DNA from: Laetmonice hystrix
Taxonomy: Eukaryota
Length of the DNA: 64,000 bases
Assembly (NCBI GenBank): GCA_965235115.1
Contig: OZ249436.1
Coordinates: 37,264,001-37,328,000 of the forward strand
Reading direction: 5' to 3'
Shown here: positions 13,017 to 27,097 of the stretch, in pieces
Layout of the letters: each line of letters begins with the position of its first letter
How positions within the stretch are numbered: position 1 is the first letter of the stretch
Translations under genes and position numbers: made by a program
Notes under the pieces: generated by a model
Databases searched by the model: none
What the model saw: only the letters and a program-made list of their open reading frames with translations
What the model was told of the DNA's origin: nothing

Positions 13017-15355
13017 GTTTACACTCTAATACTAAATTGTTCCTTTCCTGCACTTCATGGAAGGCATTACAACCTATGGCGAATGCTATGCTCTGGGTGT
13101 TTAGTTCCACTTGGACTGGTTTTTTTTTCTTTCTTTTTTTATTAATCAGTAAAAATAATAAATTTCTATGTACGGTAAAGTCTACCGACTATGGGCGGTT
13201 AACATAAGCAGTTTAAGTTGTGTATTTATTGTCTTTGTGACGCCATTGTATCTTTCTTTTGTGCCTGAAAACTGACAGATTACAAGTCGTCTTGTGAATA
13301 GAATGCGAGTTGATATAATATCGGCACTGAACTAATGTATCTTGTCATGTCAATATCATATAACTCACATTGGTCTACCATGATACTGTGGTCTGTTACG
13401 GAAGAAACCACACCACACTAAACTCAATGTAATGTCCGTGAAAATCTATATTTTCTCTACATCTTGCAAGTGCTATAAATCGCTGCTAATTCCACACTAA
13501 AAGCGCAAAATCTTGTCATTTTATCGTTGAATGAGCAATTTGTCTGGCACACATGCGTTCTAAACGGCGAGTGCATCATCATATGTATACCGGGCATTAA
13601 AAGCGGCTGTCTGAATTTTAGTGCCTTCCCAGTTATTCAACAACATATTCATCAACGTACATACGAGACATATACATATCATCACAAGCTTACGCATATA
13701 CAACAGGTTACAGGTTACTAATCGCATCTTGCACATCCTACAGCGTGAAAGAGAAGTTAAGATTCTGTTACTTCAGCGTTAATCGCTATCAACAATTATA
13801 TAACCGGGCCACTGTTTACATGATATTTAATGGCATGTTCATGCAGAAATAGATCAGATATAAGCAGTTGAGAGGAGCTGAAGTTCTATTAAACTAAAAC
13901 TGTGTCATTCGGTTCCAAATGGTCTGTCCATTAAATGATAAAATACATTATAAACTAGAAGAATACACCCTAATGGTTCGTGACATGAAACTTCCTCACA
14001 CCGAGACCAAAAAAAAGGGAACGCAGGCGGACAGGAAAGTCTAGTTTCTAACTACAAAAAGTAGATTACTAATCCAAAAATCAGTACCGTTTAGAACAAA
14101 TCAATGCTCTATTCTAGGTTCAAACAACCACCAAGCCTTCCTGACCTAGTCACACACTGGAAACCAAACCCCCCTACCCTCAACCCTAATCTCGAATTCA
14201 TTGGATCTCATTTGTTTTTTGGATTCAAGCTTAACATCTGTGATTGTCGGTAGAAATTATCATGCAGCATATCTTTAATACTGACTTCGGGTGAACCCTT
14301 TCTTCTGAATGTCCTTTACTTCCGTATTCAAACGTCATGCGTGCTTTTGGGAACAGGAGATTTTTCGCAACTTTTTTTTTCTTTCTTTCTCTCTTCTTCA
14401 GACAATTTGACCTTTGCTAAGGGAAAAACCACGGAACAGAAAGTGTGTGTTGAAACTAAAAGTAGGAGCTCGTCCAGTGTACCACTACCTTTCCGATATC
14501 CTGGGTGGCAATAGGAAGAAGAAAGCACGTGGATGAAACGCACACACACATGCGCCACGTGGCTTTAGGAGGACGAGTTGAATGCAGACAAAAAGAACAT
14601 GCTAAGAGCAAGCCTGTGCGCCCTGGTCAGGTATCTCAGTTTCGAGTTCAATACTGACTTTTTTTTCTTACTCGAATATTGTGATGTTTTACTGGAATAT
14701 ATATATTAATGAAAGACTAATAAAAGTGTAGTCGAGTGCAGTGTGCAGCAACGATTCACGTCCGTATCATGTGAAAAAAAATTATGTATAGATCTACGCT
14801 CGGTCAAAATGAACGAGATATTGGTGCAAACCGTGTTTGTGTTATGGTTACACCTTAAAGACTACAATAAGGGTACATTAGATAAGGTCTACAGGCGTGG
14901 TCGTAGGCCAAACCACCAGATTATAACAATAAATCTTAACTTCAATATGTATGAAAATAAGGATAGATATCCTTCTATTGATATGTATATAAGGATGAGA
15001 GTGATACGAGTGAAATACATAACTCCTCGAAATGTACATATTTCTATATAAGCATAACCATGATAGTGCTAAAATGAGGAGTTCTTGTCAAATATTGCAA
15101 TCAGTGAATATATGTATGTGTACTTAGGATTGTTGAAAACTCACGTGTTCGTTAAAGATCATCAATGCTATCCATTAAAATATTCTTTTAGTGGTTAGTT
15201 TGGGAGGGTTTTTTTCGCCAATATTTACTTAATAGTCACATAGTTGCTTCCTTCATTACCACACAGCAGATGGTCTCTATGTAACGACGGTGGATTTGAA
15301 ATTTGAAAGGGGCTACGAGTGGTGACTCACACTATGACCGCTAGGTGTCACTCAC

Positions 15356-15453
15356 CTCCTCCCATTGACTCACGTAACGAACGAGACGAGACAAACGAAG
15401 GAGACGCAGCAGACTGAGCAGTTTGACGAGCCTGAATATCCGTAATGCCCTTC
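15356..15453 (-). CDS. HCN: HCN/Ih channel exon: S4 voltage sensor ((G)[32 protein letters not shown])
   Basis: 98 nt, phase 1-0. Acceptor TTTTTTCACTGCAG|GA, donor GAG|GTGAGT. Basic residue every third position with the HCN-specific [14 protein letters not shown] and QWEE motifs. Not in the ORF track in this frame. Confidence 0.97.
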
Positions 15454-16361
15454 CTGCAGTGAAAAAAGGACAACAACTGTAAATTCTGAGACAACCTTGG
15501 CTTATTATGGATGTAAAATCTGTGTCCTGTCATGTTAATGTGGTTGCCTGGTTTAAAACGAAAGTCATGAGAAATCCACCAAACTGACTTTCCTAGATAG
15601 AGAAGGTGAGGTCAAAGAAAAATGGGGAGGGGTCCGAACTACTTATTGAGATAAACGCGTTTTTTTTTTCTGGCTGAAAAAGGGTAAAACATCCACATTT
15701 TTCCTGGCGTAGATTGTTTAGAAGTCTTCCTACCAACGCCACACCTTCAAGAATGATACTAAAGACCCTGGTGCACAAAGTTATAGCACAATAAAACATT
15801 TTTGTATATAAGCAAAGGATTTGCTTTACAAGTATAAAAAGATTATAAGATAAAATAAGACATTTTTAATCAGTTCGTTCACGTTTTTTGTAAAAAAAAA
15901 AAATAATAATAAAGAGAAAACGTCAAAAGAAATCCACATTTCTGGCCGACTACCGACCTGTTGTGAAAACACCAACTAACTTCGATTTGACAACAATCAT
16001 AATTAATTGTGACTCCGTTCCCTATTATTCGACATATTCATCCTTGTTTCTCATTCGTATTGCGTGATTGTTATTAAATACATTCACTTCGTTTCTTGAC
16101 GCGATTCTGCCACGAAAAAAAACCGTTGACAGGCTGTGCAGAAATCGTCGCAGAAAGGCCATTTCCATAACCAGGAAGGCCCTCACCATGACCATAAAGT
16201 CAGGCTATCGGCGTTCAAGGAAAGAATCAACTGTTAACATATCCTAACTTTCTTTCCGATCTCTAAAGGGGTGCGTCGATAAAAGGATTGATTTGTAATG
16301 AGGGTAGCCCGTTTCCCTTTAGTAAACACACATTATCATCAAGTCTATTATCTTGTCTTAC

Positions 16362-16529
16362 CTGCGTGTATCAACTGAGATACATTTGCCTCCGGAGAAA
16401 ACAAAAGAATAATGTAGTCCAGAGGTATGGAGCTAATGAGGTCCAAGAAGAACCATGTGCGGACGTAATGCTTCGCTATCTCCTTGGGTTCCAATATTAT
16501 TTCGTCTGCAAAGTTGTCAGCGATGATAC
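16362..16529 (-). CDS. HCN: HCN/Ih channel exon: S2-S3 loop, S3, S3-S4 linker ((G)[55 protein letters not shown](G))
   Basis: 168 nt, phase 1-1. Acceptor TGTTTCCGCAG|GT, donor CAG|GTAAGA. The [16 protein letters not shown]3 motif is typical of HCN, and phases match both neighbouring exons. Confidence 0.96.
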
Positions 16530-18376
16530 CTGCGGAAACAATGTCGGGGAGATGGCAACATTAATAGTATCGCTCCTAATTAACCACATGGTTGCGCGCA
16601 GACAGTGTTAATTGTAGTGATTAACTTTAATAGATGAACGTAACGTGATGGCATTTCCTCAAAACAATAAGAAATTCCCTGACAGACAGGTCCCATTTAA
16701 GCAGCAAATTGGAATTCTGTCATTGAAAAGGAATTCATCATTAGCAGTCTATAGTGCATACCATGTTCTTTGGAGGTAGGTTTAGAAGATATAATTGCAG
16801 GGCTGAAACGCACTATGACACGAGAAGAAAAAAATAAAATCAACGCTCCGACAGCGAGACAAAGACCATGGTATCGCGCCAGAAAAAAATCTGCTTCTCT
16901 CGTTGGTATTATTCATGCAGTAGAATGTGCGTCACTCTTTCTTACTCTCATACCAGCTTAACCAAATCTTTTTTAAGAACGGCTCGTTTATAACGAAAAA
17001 ATGGGGGGGGGGGGAGTTAATCTTGGTGCCATTCAACCAGGCCGTATGATGAATCATACCAGTAATATTGTACGTGGAATCAATAGCACTGGTCATTAGA
17101 AGTCAGGTGTTAATTAGATGATATTAAACTGACATGGTATTATAATGATGTATCAAGGGGGTTTGACATCAGAAATTCCTACTGACACATGACTGAGGCA
17201 CCGTTTTATGCAGCACCGCAGTTACTGCAGTTACTGCTGTTATTTCCACCTCGCGTGTTGCTGTTATTACATAATTACTTCTGTGTTAGAGGAAATTCCT
17301 GTCATCATTATAACTGTAACCTAAATCCTTTTTTAGCAACAACATAATCCTCGCTGCTGCTCCTGTTGCCACCAAATCGGCCTTCAATGGCCTACTTCAA
17401 GATTGCTGGGTCATCGTCCTGTATAGACTTGAGAAGGGGGCATAACTCCCAATAGACCATTTTCCGAACTACTACTAGCGCCACCTACAAGCTCCCTAGC
17501 GACGCCAAAGTCGGTGCAAGCGCACCGCGTTGCTAGCGCTTGGGCAATAGCGAACAGTGAAGAAAGAGGTGTTGAGCAAATCTGGGATTTTGAGTTTCTC
17601 CGTGTCAATATGAGCAGTTCGGGGTGGCCAGATTAATAAAACAATCAGCTCTCTCGAGTGATTGTCCGTAGGTTAACTATGGCGGACACCGGTCGTCAAG
17701 TAGGCGCTTGCACCGAGTTTCAAAACGAGGCAGCATAGCAACCCACAACGGAAAACGGTCTATTAATATTATTCTGTCATCTTTCTTGGGCTTCATCCTC
17801 TTGCTTGCTCATGGTAACTTTTCTTCTTTAAAAAAAAAAAAATTCCGACATATTTTTCATGTATGCGAACACTTTTTGATATTTCTTGTTGATATACCTT
17901 GTATGCACTTTATCGTCATCGTACTGTAAGCAGGAGAACGGAAACATGCCCTCGAAGTTCCCTTACTGAATCTAGGTTACTGCCGTTGTGACCATTCAGA
18001 CTCCAGCAGATGTGGACGTCAAAGATTGCCGCGATGTCCCCACCCACATTCCCCCGGACTGGGCCTGGCTAACTTTCCGACCACACCGACCTTGGTCGAT
18101 TATTGTATGCACTCCCTAGTCTGTGTGAAGTCTAGACCACGTTCAAATGACGTCACTGTTGACCCAAGAACCCTTTTCATCACATTTCAACGAGAGGGAG
18201 CGCCTTTTAACATAACCCGCGGGTCTTGGAGTTCATTGACCTTCAAGAATAATGGCGGTATGACGTTGAAGAAGCGATACAAAATAACTTCACGTTCGTC
18301 AAAAAGGGCCGGCAATCCTCCAGAATACATCTCATTGTCCCCGGAGTCAGGACAACAGAAGGTCGAACCACACCTG

Positions 18377-18534
18377 GGCCCAGTATTTCAAAGATTCTCA
18401 ACTTGAGTAAAGGTTCCTTAAGTAAACTATCAGGTTTCTGATTGGCTGGCCTAAGCAGACCAGCCAATCAGAAGCCTGTTAGTTTACTTATGTAAGTTTT
18501 ACTCAAGTTGAGAATATATTTGTAAAAACTGGCC
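18377..18534. mobile_element. Fully palindromic foldback MITE (~158 bp, GGCC termini, PIF/Harbinger-like)
   Basis: ATTCTCAACTTGAGTAAA...TAAGTAAACTA.CAGG.TTCTGATTGGCTGG, a 10-nt loop, then CCAGCCAATCAGAAGCCTG.TAGTTTACTTA...TTTACTCAAGTTGAGAAT. Confidence 0.8.
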
Positions 18535-18539
18535 ATATA

Positions 18540-18721
18540 CAGTGGCGTACCCGGGGGGGGGGGGGTGCTTGGGGTGCTCAAGCATCCCCCTCAATTAGCC
18601 CATTTGTGTGTGTGTGTGTGTGGGGGGGGGGGGGGTTGTGTGCGTAAAAGCCGTAAAAATAAGACTACGACGTTGGTTATTTCCAGGACCCTCCTGGGTC
18701 CAGTTTCTGGGTACGCCACTG
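18540..18721. mobile_element. MITE with 13-bp TIR CAGTGGCGTACCC, probable 5-bp TSD ATATA
   Basis: CAGTGGCGTACCC at 18540 and GGGTACGCCACTG ending at 18721, with ATATA on both flanks. Confidence 0.8.
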
Positions 18722-19099
18722 ATATATATCTTGGTAAAATTACGAACTAAAAACCGGGCACAGGAAGAACACAGTGCCATGGTGAACATGAGTATAATTA
18801 GCACAGATAATATGAAACGTGGAACGTTAGACCAAGTACATAATTTAGACTGCCATGGCCCCTTACCGTACCCAATCAGGCAAATTAGCTAAAAGCTGTA
18901 CCAAAAGAAATGGCTCACAGTAAGCGACATTCTTATAAAAGGTATCAACCGGTTTGCTTCAACACTAAAAATCGAAAAGACCTCGAGGGAATATTGGATT
19001 TCTTTGAAGACCGTTTTACTTTTTTCCTCCCTCTTCTTTCTATCTCTTTTTTTTTTTTTTTTGAAACGTCGATATGAAGGTGCAATGAACGTTATAGGT

Positions 19100-19480
19100 T
19101 CGCCCATGTATTTTTCCTACGAGTGAACAGATGCATTCTTTCTCCAGAGGCGCAAACCGTGAGCAGCACAAATTCATGGACCGAGATGGAAAGACATGGT
19201 CCACTGGGCTATCATAACCACCGCCTTTCTCCTTTCCATTTTTGAACGTCTGTAAAGGTCGCTTGATGCCAGCAGTTTCCATTGCATTGAATGCTTTGGC
19301 CGCCTTTTCAGGGCTATCTCCGTGATGAAGCGATGGACCGAGGTTGAACTGGCCTTGGTAGGTCAAGCAAAACACCCAAACGCAACTGACTGGTGCTCCA
19401 TCATAGCTGAACACAGATCGTAGCAAATTTCTTATTCCTTGTCCTCTATTCGAAACGCTCACAAAGGAGGGCCAGCGAGA
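19100..19480 (-). pseudogene. Possible decayed CR1/L2-type LINE ORF2 C-terminal remnant
   Basis: ORF 19040-19543 contains LRSVFSYDGAPV..W..LT..Q and RSMNLCCSRFA, which echo the RSVLEY..PVW...LT..Q and RR..LC..FA motifs downstream of LINE RT. Similarity judged by eye only. Confidence 0.3.
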
Positions 19481-20871
19481 GCGGGGAGGAAGAATATTTA
19501 ATTCAAACTGAAAAGTACATGTATGTCTAATCTCATTTTGCAACCATAGTAGAAAGGAGTAATTTCTTCAGCTTATGCCCAATGGGGGGAAACGAAAGCT
19601 CTCAAAGACTGTCACGTTGAGGTGTGTAGAGGACTAAGTAAGATTAGATGTAGAATATGATATCGGCAGCAGTAGGGATAAACGTATTTAAAGGCAGCGC
19701 TGAGATGTCGTGCCATTACTTATACAAGTAACTGCACGCTGCAGTCAAACACTTTGCTTGTATACTGTATGCGGCCGGTCTGAAGATGAAACTACGGTGG
19801 AAAGAAAAATAATTTTACGTTTGTTTTTTTATTTAGCTTGTACAGATAACTGCAGGAGATCTGGACCTCCTCATACCTCTAAACAGCAATACAACGACTG
19901 TTGTGTACGGTTGGCGTGCATGTGTAGACATCAACTCAAATCTTGCTTACGTAAAACTGTTCAAAGGTAATATTGTAAATAAATTAATATATTAATGTGT
20001 AAAGACAACAGAATACCTAAGTGAAAGCTACATTGTATTATATAAACATTGCTCGCACATCCAAGCAAAATTACCTTGATATAGAAAAAAAAGAGCTAAA
20101 AAGATTTTTTTTTAAAGACGCCTCCTGCATTCCGGATATGGGCCCTTTCCATGTTCGTGTAAACGGTACAGCGATTTGTACGAATTTACAATAAACGTCG
20201 GGACTTTACTATGCAACGCGTCCACAAAATGTGCCTCCTGCATGTGGCACGAGGCGGAACGATACGCCCAAACGACCACGATCACGTCGGCGCTGTACAC
20301 ACAATATACTCGCATGGCGTCGGGACAGGATACAATGTCAGGTTAAAATCACTTCTCTCCGGCGCTAAATGCCTTTACAACATGCAAGACGAAGAGACAG
20401 CGGTCTTCCATCAGACTGGTGGGCGGAGAAAAGTCTTTTCATGTGGTACTGATTCAGCGATCATGAAAGACGTTCCTGTCTGGTATTTCGCTGACCACTT
20501 AGCCTTTTTCCGTGACCCAATTAGCGTGGACTAAGAAAGTCTCGTTTTGTAAACGATGGATGTTAAAATGTCAAAGACGGCTGTGTTAGTTTTATTACCG
20601 TAGACCTTTGCTAGCTCGCCTGAGGGAGACGCATTAAATTAAGAAGACTTTTGTTCCGTAGATGGATGTCATTGCTTATACACAACGTCTTGTAGATGTT
20701 ATGTCATGTTCTTCGTTACAATTAGTATAATAATCCGCGAGTCGTCGACATTGTTCTAAGGAATGATATTCCCTTAGTACAGGACGAATGAAGCAGTACC
20801 CCCCCCCCCCTCCAATGGCCTAAGATATATAAAAAACGTCGCTGGTGTTTTGAAAATACGCTTATAAAGGA

Positions 20872-21018
20872 TTTGGATTGAGGTTTTACGGATGAAACTG
20901 GAGAATCCGGGCGAAAACCACCGACCCTTCAGCAAGTAATTGGTAATAAACCTTCCCATGTTCGGCCCTGTGGTCACGAGACAGAGGTATAGACCACTGC
21001 TGGGCCACTGAGGCCCCC
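20872..21018 (-). mobile_element. Degenerate copy of the tRNA-derived SINE (related to 45436-45703)
   Basis: Reverse complement reads GGGGCCTCAGTGGCCCAGCAGTGGTCTA...GAAGGGTCGGTGGTTTTCGCCCGGATTCTCCAGTTTCATCC. The head and central domain match; the B-box region is deleted. Confidence 0.7.
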
Positions 21019-22610
21019 TGGTTATCATGCAAGAGTCGCTCTTCAAGATGTGAAGAAAAAAAGAAGGAAAATGACAAAAAAGGTAACAGAAAAGACTCTA
21101 ACCTGGTACCAAATTAGCGACCACAGCCCCCGTAGACTGACAATCCCCCAGGGTATACTCTTTAACGTGAATTGACTTCACATTGAGAGGCACCGTCCAG
21201 TCTGTCAGCAACATGTCGACCTTTTCAAACATAGATACCTCGAATTACCACGCCGATGGAGGCGTTTGTGTAGGTTGAAACCACTGACAGCAACAGCAAG
21301 AAAAAAATCACTTGAGGCTGAAAATTCTTTGCCGCCTTTCTAAAATCACGTGTCAGTTCTCCGCTCATCTTCCGGGGAACGTCATGGCTTCCCACAATTC
21401 CAGAATGACGTAAAATCGGTGCCCGGAATACCCCAACATCCGGTCCGACAGAGGTCGATGTGGACTGCTGACCGGCCGGGAGATGCACATAAACTGAAGG
21501 CACTTCCTGACACTTTAAATTAGGCTATAAGGCCTAACCAATGTCCGCTCTCTAAGTGACACGTCGAAACGGTTTCAGTACAGAAGAGTAGTGCTCGTAA
21601 AAAAGTGGAAATTGTGAGTGTGTGTTCGTTCCTCAGGGCGGTAGGGGGAAAGAAAGGGTATTCATGCATTTTATCTAAAAAGGGAGGCAAAACGTTTAAG
21701 GTGTGTAGTCTCTCCAACACCCGGCCTTACTTTTCTAACGGCTGAGTTCGGTAACTATACGAGGTTTACATCGTTCATTCCTAACAATCTTGCCACCACT
21801 TTGCAAGTTATATTTCGGCTTGTTATGCATGCTTGCATGCCATAAGTGGATTCCGCCGGTGTTTACATCCCTCCAGCAAATACCTCTTGAATGTATACGA
21901 TTAGGGTGGCGAGTCCAGCCGATTCGTTTAGAAAGGTTGCATGCGTTACCGCCCTGGACCCCGACCACATCAGTCAGACGACCTCTGGGGTTGATATTTT
22001 GACATGTCAAACCGACTAGGATCAATGGAGGTTATATTTAGAACCCGTTCAATATTCCTCGCCCCGGTATATGATATCCTTAACAGCGTATCGTGTGTCT
22101 GTGGGCAAGGCTGCGTCGATGTATAAGTATAAGTTGTGTGTAAACCAGTGTGCCATTTTGTGTTGTCAAGCAGGAACTTGCAGCCACAATTAAAGTGACA
22201 CGAAAAATTCGTCAGATACTTATCTTTGAACCCCAAGGACACCATGTTAAAATTTCAGGTTCGAGCGATAAGCTAAAGTATTTTAAAAGTGGAGTTATTT
22301 TCAGGCCTGGAGTTACCGTTCGGCCCGTCCACAATTTTGTCAAGCCAGCGCGGGCTGGGAACTAGCAGTAATCTATTTATAGATCACAGAGTATGGCAAC
22401 GGAATCGGAGTGGAAACAAAGACAGCTGCTGAGACATATTTTTCCATTCCCTTTTTAACACAATTTTGATAATCGTTCCAACCTGAAATTTTAACATGGT
22501 GTCCCTGGGGTGAATAATATTTACAACGAGAAACACTTCAATACTTTTATGGGTCTTCAATGAAATGTGAGTGGTCAAAGCGCCACCTAGTGAGTCGCGT
22601 TGGTACCACG

Positions 22611-23030
22611 GGGGAAATGTGAGTATTCAAAGCGCCGCGTAGTATTTTTTAAACGATGAACCAAACTGTGTGCCAGAACCTGTCTACTCCATTGAATGCT
22701 ATAGTTAAGACCCGTGTTTTACCAAGGCACTAACTGTTTGGCAGGCTGTAACTTTTTTGTTGATTCGGTGACCCCCCACTTTATTTTGTTTTAAACTATT
22801 AGTCCTGATCCACCGAGTTTCAGGAGAAAATTGGTGGTCATTTTTTAACTATTAGTCAAAATATCTGAAAAATCCTGTTTTTCCCATTTTTACGGAGGCC
22901 TGTATAAAAAAATCTAATTCGGTGACATATGATTTCTTTTGTTTCTTTGTACTCCTAAGGACAAAGGCTATCCCCCATAAAAATATTTTGAAAATTCTAG
23001 TGGTCGATTCGAACACTCACATTTCCCTTT
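22611..23030. mobile_element. Degenerate TIR element with a duplicated left end
   Basis: GGGAAATGTGAGTATTCAAA (22612) versus TTCGAACACTCACATTTCCC(TTTAA) (~23008-23032). A second GAAATGTGAGT..TCAAAGCGCC copy lies ~52 bp further left. Confidence 0.45.
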
Positions 23031-23963
23031 AAGCGCATAAACCAGATATAGTTCTTCCAACTTACGCAGATTCATACAGAGAAACTATGATTCTTGCTAC
23101 ATTCCACTGATTGTGAGATGCATGGGAAAGCAAGCCTTCTGGTGCGCAGAAACCGATTTATATCCTTTAAGACCGGGCTGAATCATGTCGCGCATGCAAT
23201 GTATCTGGCGCGATATATATAATTTAAAGGTGGAATTTCACTCTAATTTTCCCTGCCTATGAGTCCCTGCTCATGGAAATGGGTTCCATCCTTGAAGCCG
23301 AAAATCACAATGAAATGACAGAATGACGTTAAAATCACATGGATGTCCCCAAGGCCGTTATCGCTTAATTAATCTTGATATAAAATTTTTAACAAAACAT
23401 GCAGGAAGGCGACTACCGGTGTTTAGAAATAGGAATACAGTACTGCACCTATAGGGAACTTGAATATGTATTACAATGGCTATTTGATATGCAATGGATT
23501 ATCATAGTGGTAAAAAAAAGGTTTATGTTATAACATACACAAAAAATAGATTAAATCGGAATTTCTTACGCAAAATGGCGCTGGTTTTTCTGATTAAATT
23601 AGTCATTACCAATTAAGACGGCAAAAGAATTGAGAAATATGTCTTTTGACGGTCCTTCACGAAATTTCTTTTGTAAACATGAAAGCTTAGACATACTGCT
23701 TCGTACTTCCTCTATAATATGTACTGGCACTACTGGGAGAGACTCAGTGTAATATGATTTCCCCTCAATTTTTAAACACTAGATAAACAGAGGCTTCGAG
23801 AGAAACGGATACATCTCTCGTGATTGCACTGTAAGCCACATGAAGCTCCCCCCTACAGCTATTATATTATTTTTTAAAATTCTGTGATTGTGTTCTTGTT
23901 CGTTAATACGCCATCGTGGTCGTGCCACGGGTTCGTCTGTGTGTGGTACATGGCGCCAACGCT

Positions 23964-24021
23964 AGAGAGAGAGACAGAGAGAGAGACAGAGAGAGAGACA
24001 GACAGACAGAGACACAGAGAG

Positions 24022-24083
<62 letters not shown>

Positions 24084-24200
24084 AGAGCGAGAGCGAGAGC
24101 GAGAGCGAGAGAGAGAGAGACAGAGACGGACAGACAGACAGACAGAAACAGAGTGAAAAAGCGAGAGACAGACACACATGAGACAGATGGAGACAGAGAA
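23964..24200. repeat. Compound (GA)n/(GACA)n/(GAGAGC)n microsatellite
   Basis: Directly visible. Generates the spurious ER/LS-rich ORFs. Confidence 0.95.
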
Positions 24201-27097
24201 AGAGGGACTCGGGAGACAGACAACTTGAGACAACTTGCGCATGTGTATTTTTTTCTTACAAATATCACTGTTCACATGCTTCCAATCCACGAAACTTGAA
24301 AATAATTATTAGGAATAAAGAGACTAAAATTTCATGTAAGGTAAATTCACATGAATCCACTGCATCTTTAGAAGTATACAAGTTCCCCATAAGACATCCC
24401 TGTTTCTCCTGTAATGTTCAAACAATGTCATGTATGAAACCATGTGAGCTCCTGGATTAATATAACTTTTATCAAGGACAGCCTGGCACACCATTAACAC
24501 TTCGCAAAGTTAACCAGTTGAAACTAGGATACTGTCTGATGACATTTCACGCCAAGTGAGAGTGGTAAATTGTGCATTTGTCAAGCGCGACAGAACTATT
24601 TCTGGTCGGCAATTGCCCGCTTTTGCTAACTAATCAAAAGTGTTGACAGATTTTTAGAGTCGACTTATGTGTTCGTGAACAAATTCACGGTAAAATTTTA
24701 ACCAAATTAGGATCCAAAATTAATTGGGCTTTCTAGCAAATCGACACATTTCATTTTTATTGTAACTTGATAATGTGCACTCAATGTCAAACTCATGTCC
24801 ACGGCTATTCGATCTTAGTGTGACCGCTATAAAAATAGCACCCGAATTAAAAGGCCACACCACAAGATGAACAGGCTGTTCACTTCTTTTTTTCTAATTA
24901 ATTTGATGCCCTTATGCTTCCCGCCCGACTCATTAGGCAATCTGATTGCAAATTCTAACATTTTCACACATTTCCTGATCATGTTTTTGCGAACATTTGC
25001 GCCACAATTCCTATGATTTCCATCGTTATTTCTGGATTTATTTCTTGCTTGTCATTCTTTCTTTGACTTCGTTGTTTCCTTCTCCATAGTATAGCGACAT
25101 AAAATCGCATCTTTAATACTGACATAAAACCTGTCAGTTATTATAAAGTAGTTTTATGATATGGTATAAAGTGGAACCAAGGGACTATTTTATTGCACAT
25201 TCCTTTACCATAAGCAGTTTGTGTTGTACACGGTTTAAACAACTCATAAAGTAAAAATAGCATCCATGCACACCCTTCGAAACACAAACGCCTGCTAACG
25301 ACTTGACGATACATGTTTATGATGCCAGCATTGATTAACTGATGCAGTGTTTCTTTGTTCCCGACGTACGTTTTCCCTTTCAAGTATAGTAAGAAAATGC
25401 GAAGGTCATTTGGACGTGCGTTCGCTACGGTCTATGAAGAAACCTAACGCCGACACTGTTTCCTTCGATAGAGCGAGGAGCTGAAATCGCCATTACCCTC
25501 TGTGTGTCCTCCAATGTCGACGGCACTTACATGGTGTTAACTGATATCTGTAATTCACAACCTCATCAGCCAGGTTTCAGGCAGCTATACGAGATGGTCT
25601 TATAAGGGATTCGCATGCTTGTTAAATTGTATGAAACGCAGATGTTTCAAATGACCAACCCGAGACGTGGCCTTTCCCTGAGGAGTCTGACCAGAAAAAC
25701 GCCATCATTACCCACAAACAGGTGGCAACTCCTAATAAGGAACTGGACCTTAGAGGAGTGACCCCCCCCCCCCCCACCACCACCACCACCACCAACATCT
25801 ATTTGTCTGATGACCTTATCTCCACCCACCATCACACCCAAGTCCCTCCTGGGCGCATCAACGCGGACCATATGGTCTGGCTGGCTTCGTACTTATTAAG
25901 GACGACGAGGCCAATTTCGGGTCATAGAAACTTGATCGATCGGGTCGCTATTCCAGTGGACTGCCTTTCTCCCAGGATTCACCAGAAACATGCCTGAGGT
26001 CCACGGCCGCTTCTAATCGGGACGAACAGCCGTGATTTGCACGTTACGTTTTTTAAGGAGCCAGGTGGTAGCAATGACGGTAAGCAGGAGCTGAGTTGGA
26101 CAGGTGCTATCGAAGTGGAAGGCAATCGTCAGGGAGAGGTTTCAGGGTCATGGTACCTGATGAGGTGAGATGGCTGTTTGGCAGGTCTTTAACCGCCCAC
26201 TATTAGCGCAGGAGTTGGATGAAGAGCTACAGCGCCTGACCTTCCTTCTTTTTTTTAAACCACCGATAGGCCTCACACTTGCTCTCCCCAACGGGTAATA
26301 AACCTGTGCAGGTAACACGCAGACATGCCATTCTGATATGTGGCCAGTTATCTACCTATTATCGCCCACTGTTTCTGCCTGCAGGGACTGGCGACATTGG
26401 GCTAACGTTACCGACTTCGTTAGGGCGGTATCGATGAAGACCTGCTGGCAGAAAACAACACATCCTCATCCACCACCCCCGGCGAGCACCCATGAAAGAT
26501 ATAAACAAACTCCGGATTCCGGAGCTTCGAAATGTGCCAGACCTCGGGGGACAAGATGACTTAAATATGACTGCGAAATGTCAGTAAAAATGGCTGGCGT
26601 GATATAGATTGAACCGTTCGGTAATAGCACATGGCTAGAGATGTCTTAAGAGAAATCTCTGATAGATGGGACGATATTGTCGCTTAAATAATGCACACGG
26701 GACAGACGGTGGCATCGAACTGCACAGGGCCTTGATCGATGACGATCAGTGCTGACACAGATGTACGGGTGTTAGGATTAGGTAAGCCGTGTTATCATCA
26801 GCGGACTTAACGATACTATGCTACGGCAAATACCTTCACGACAGTTTGGAGTTTTTTTTATCGACTTGGTGTAAGGCCTTGCTGCTATCGCTCTTGAGCT
26901 TATTGATGGCAGCTTGGGAGGACGGTCTGATGTTCATGTCGTAAAGACACTAGTTGCTGTTATTCATTCTTCTTACTTTCTTTCTAAAGGGGCAGTTGTG
27001 ATCGATAATATAGAAAGAAAATGGGTAAAAACATTACTGAAGAAATTCAATCAGAATGAAATATATATGATACGTAGTCGATATGTTTGGTACTGAC

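Noticed and set aside
23874..24299. Overlapping ER/LS-rich ORFs
   Set aside because: Translations of a GA microsatellite.
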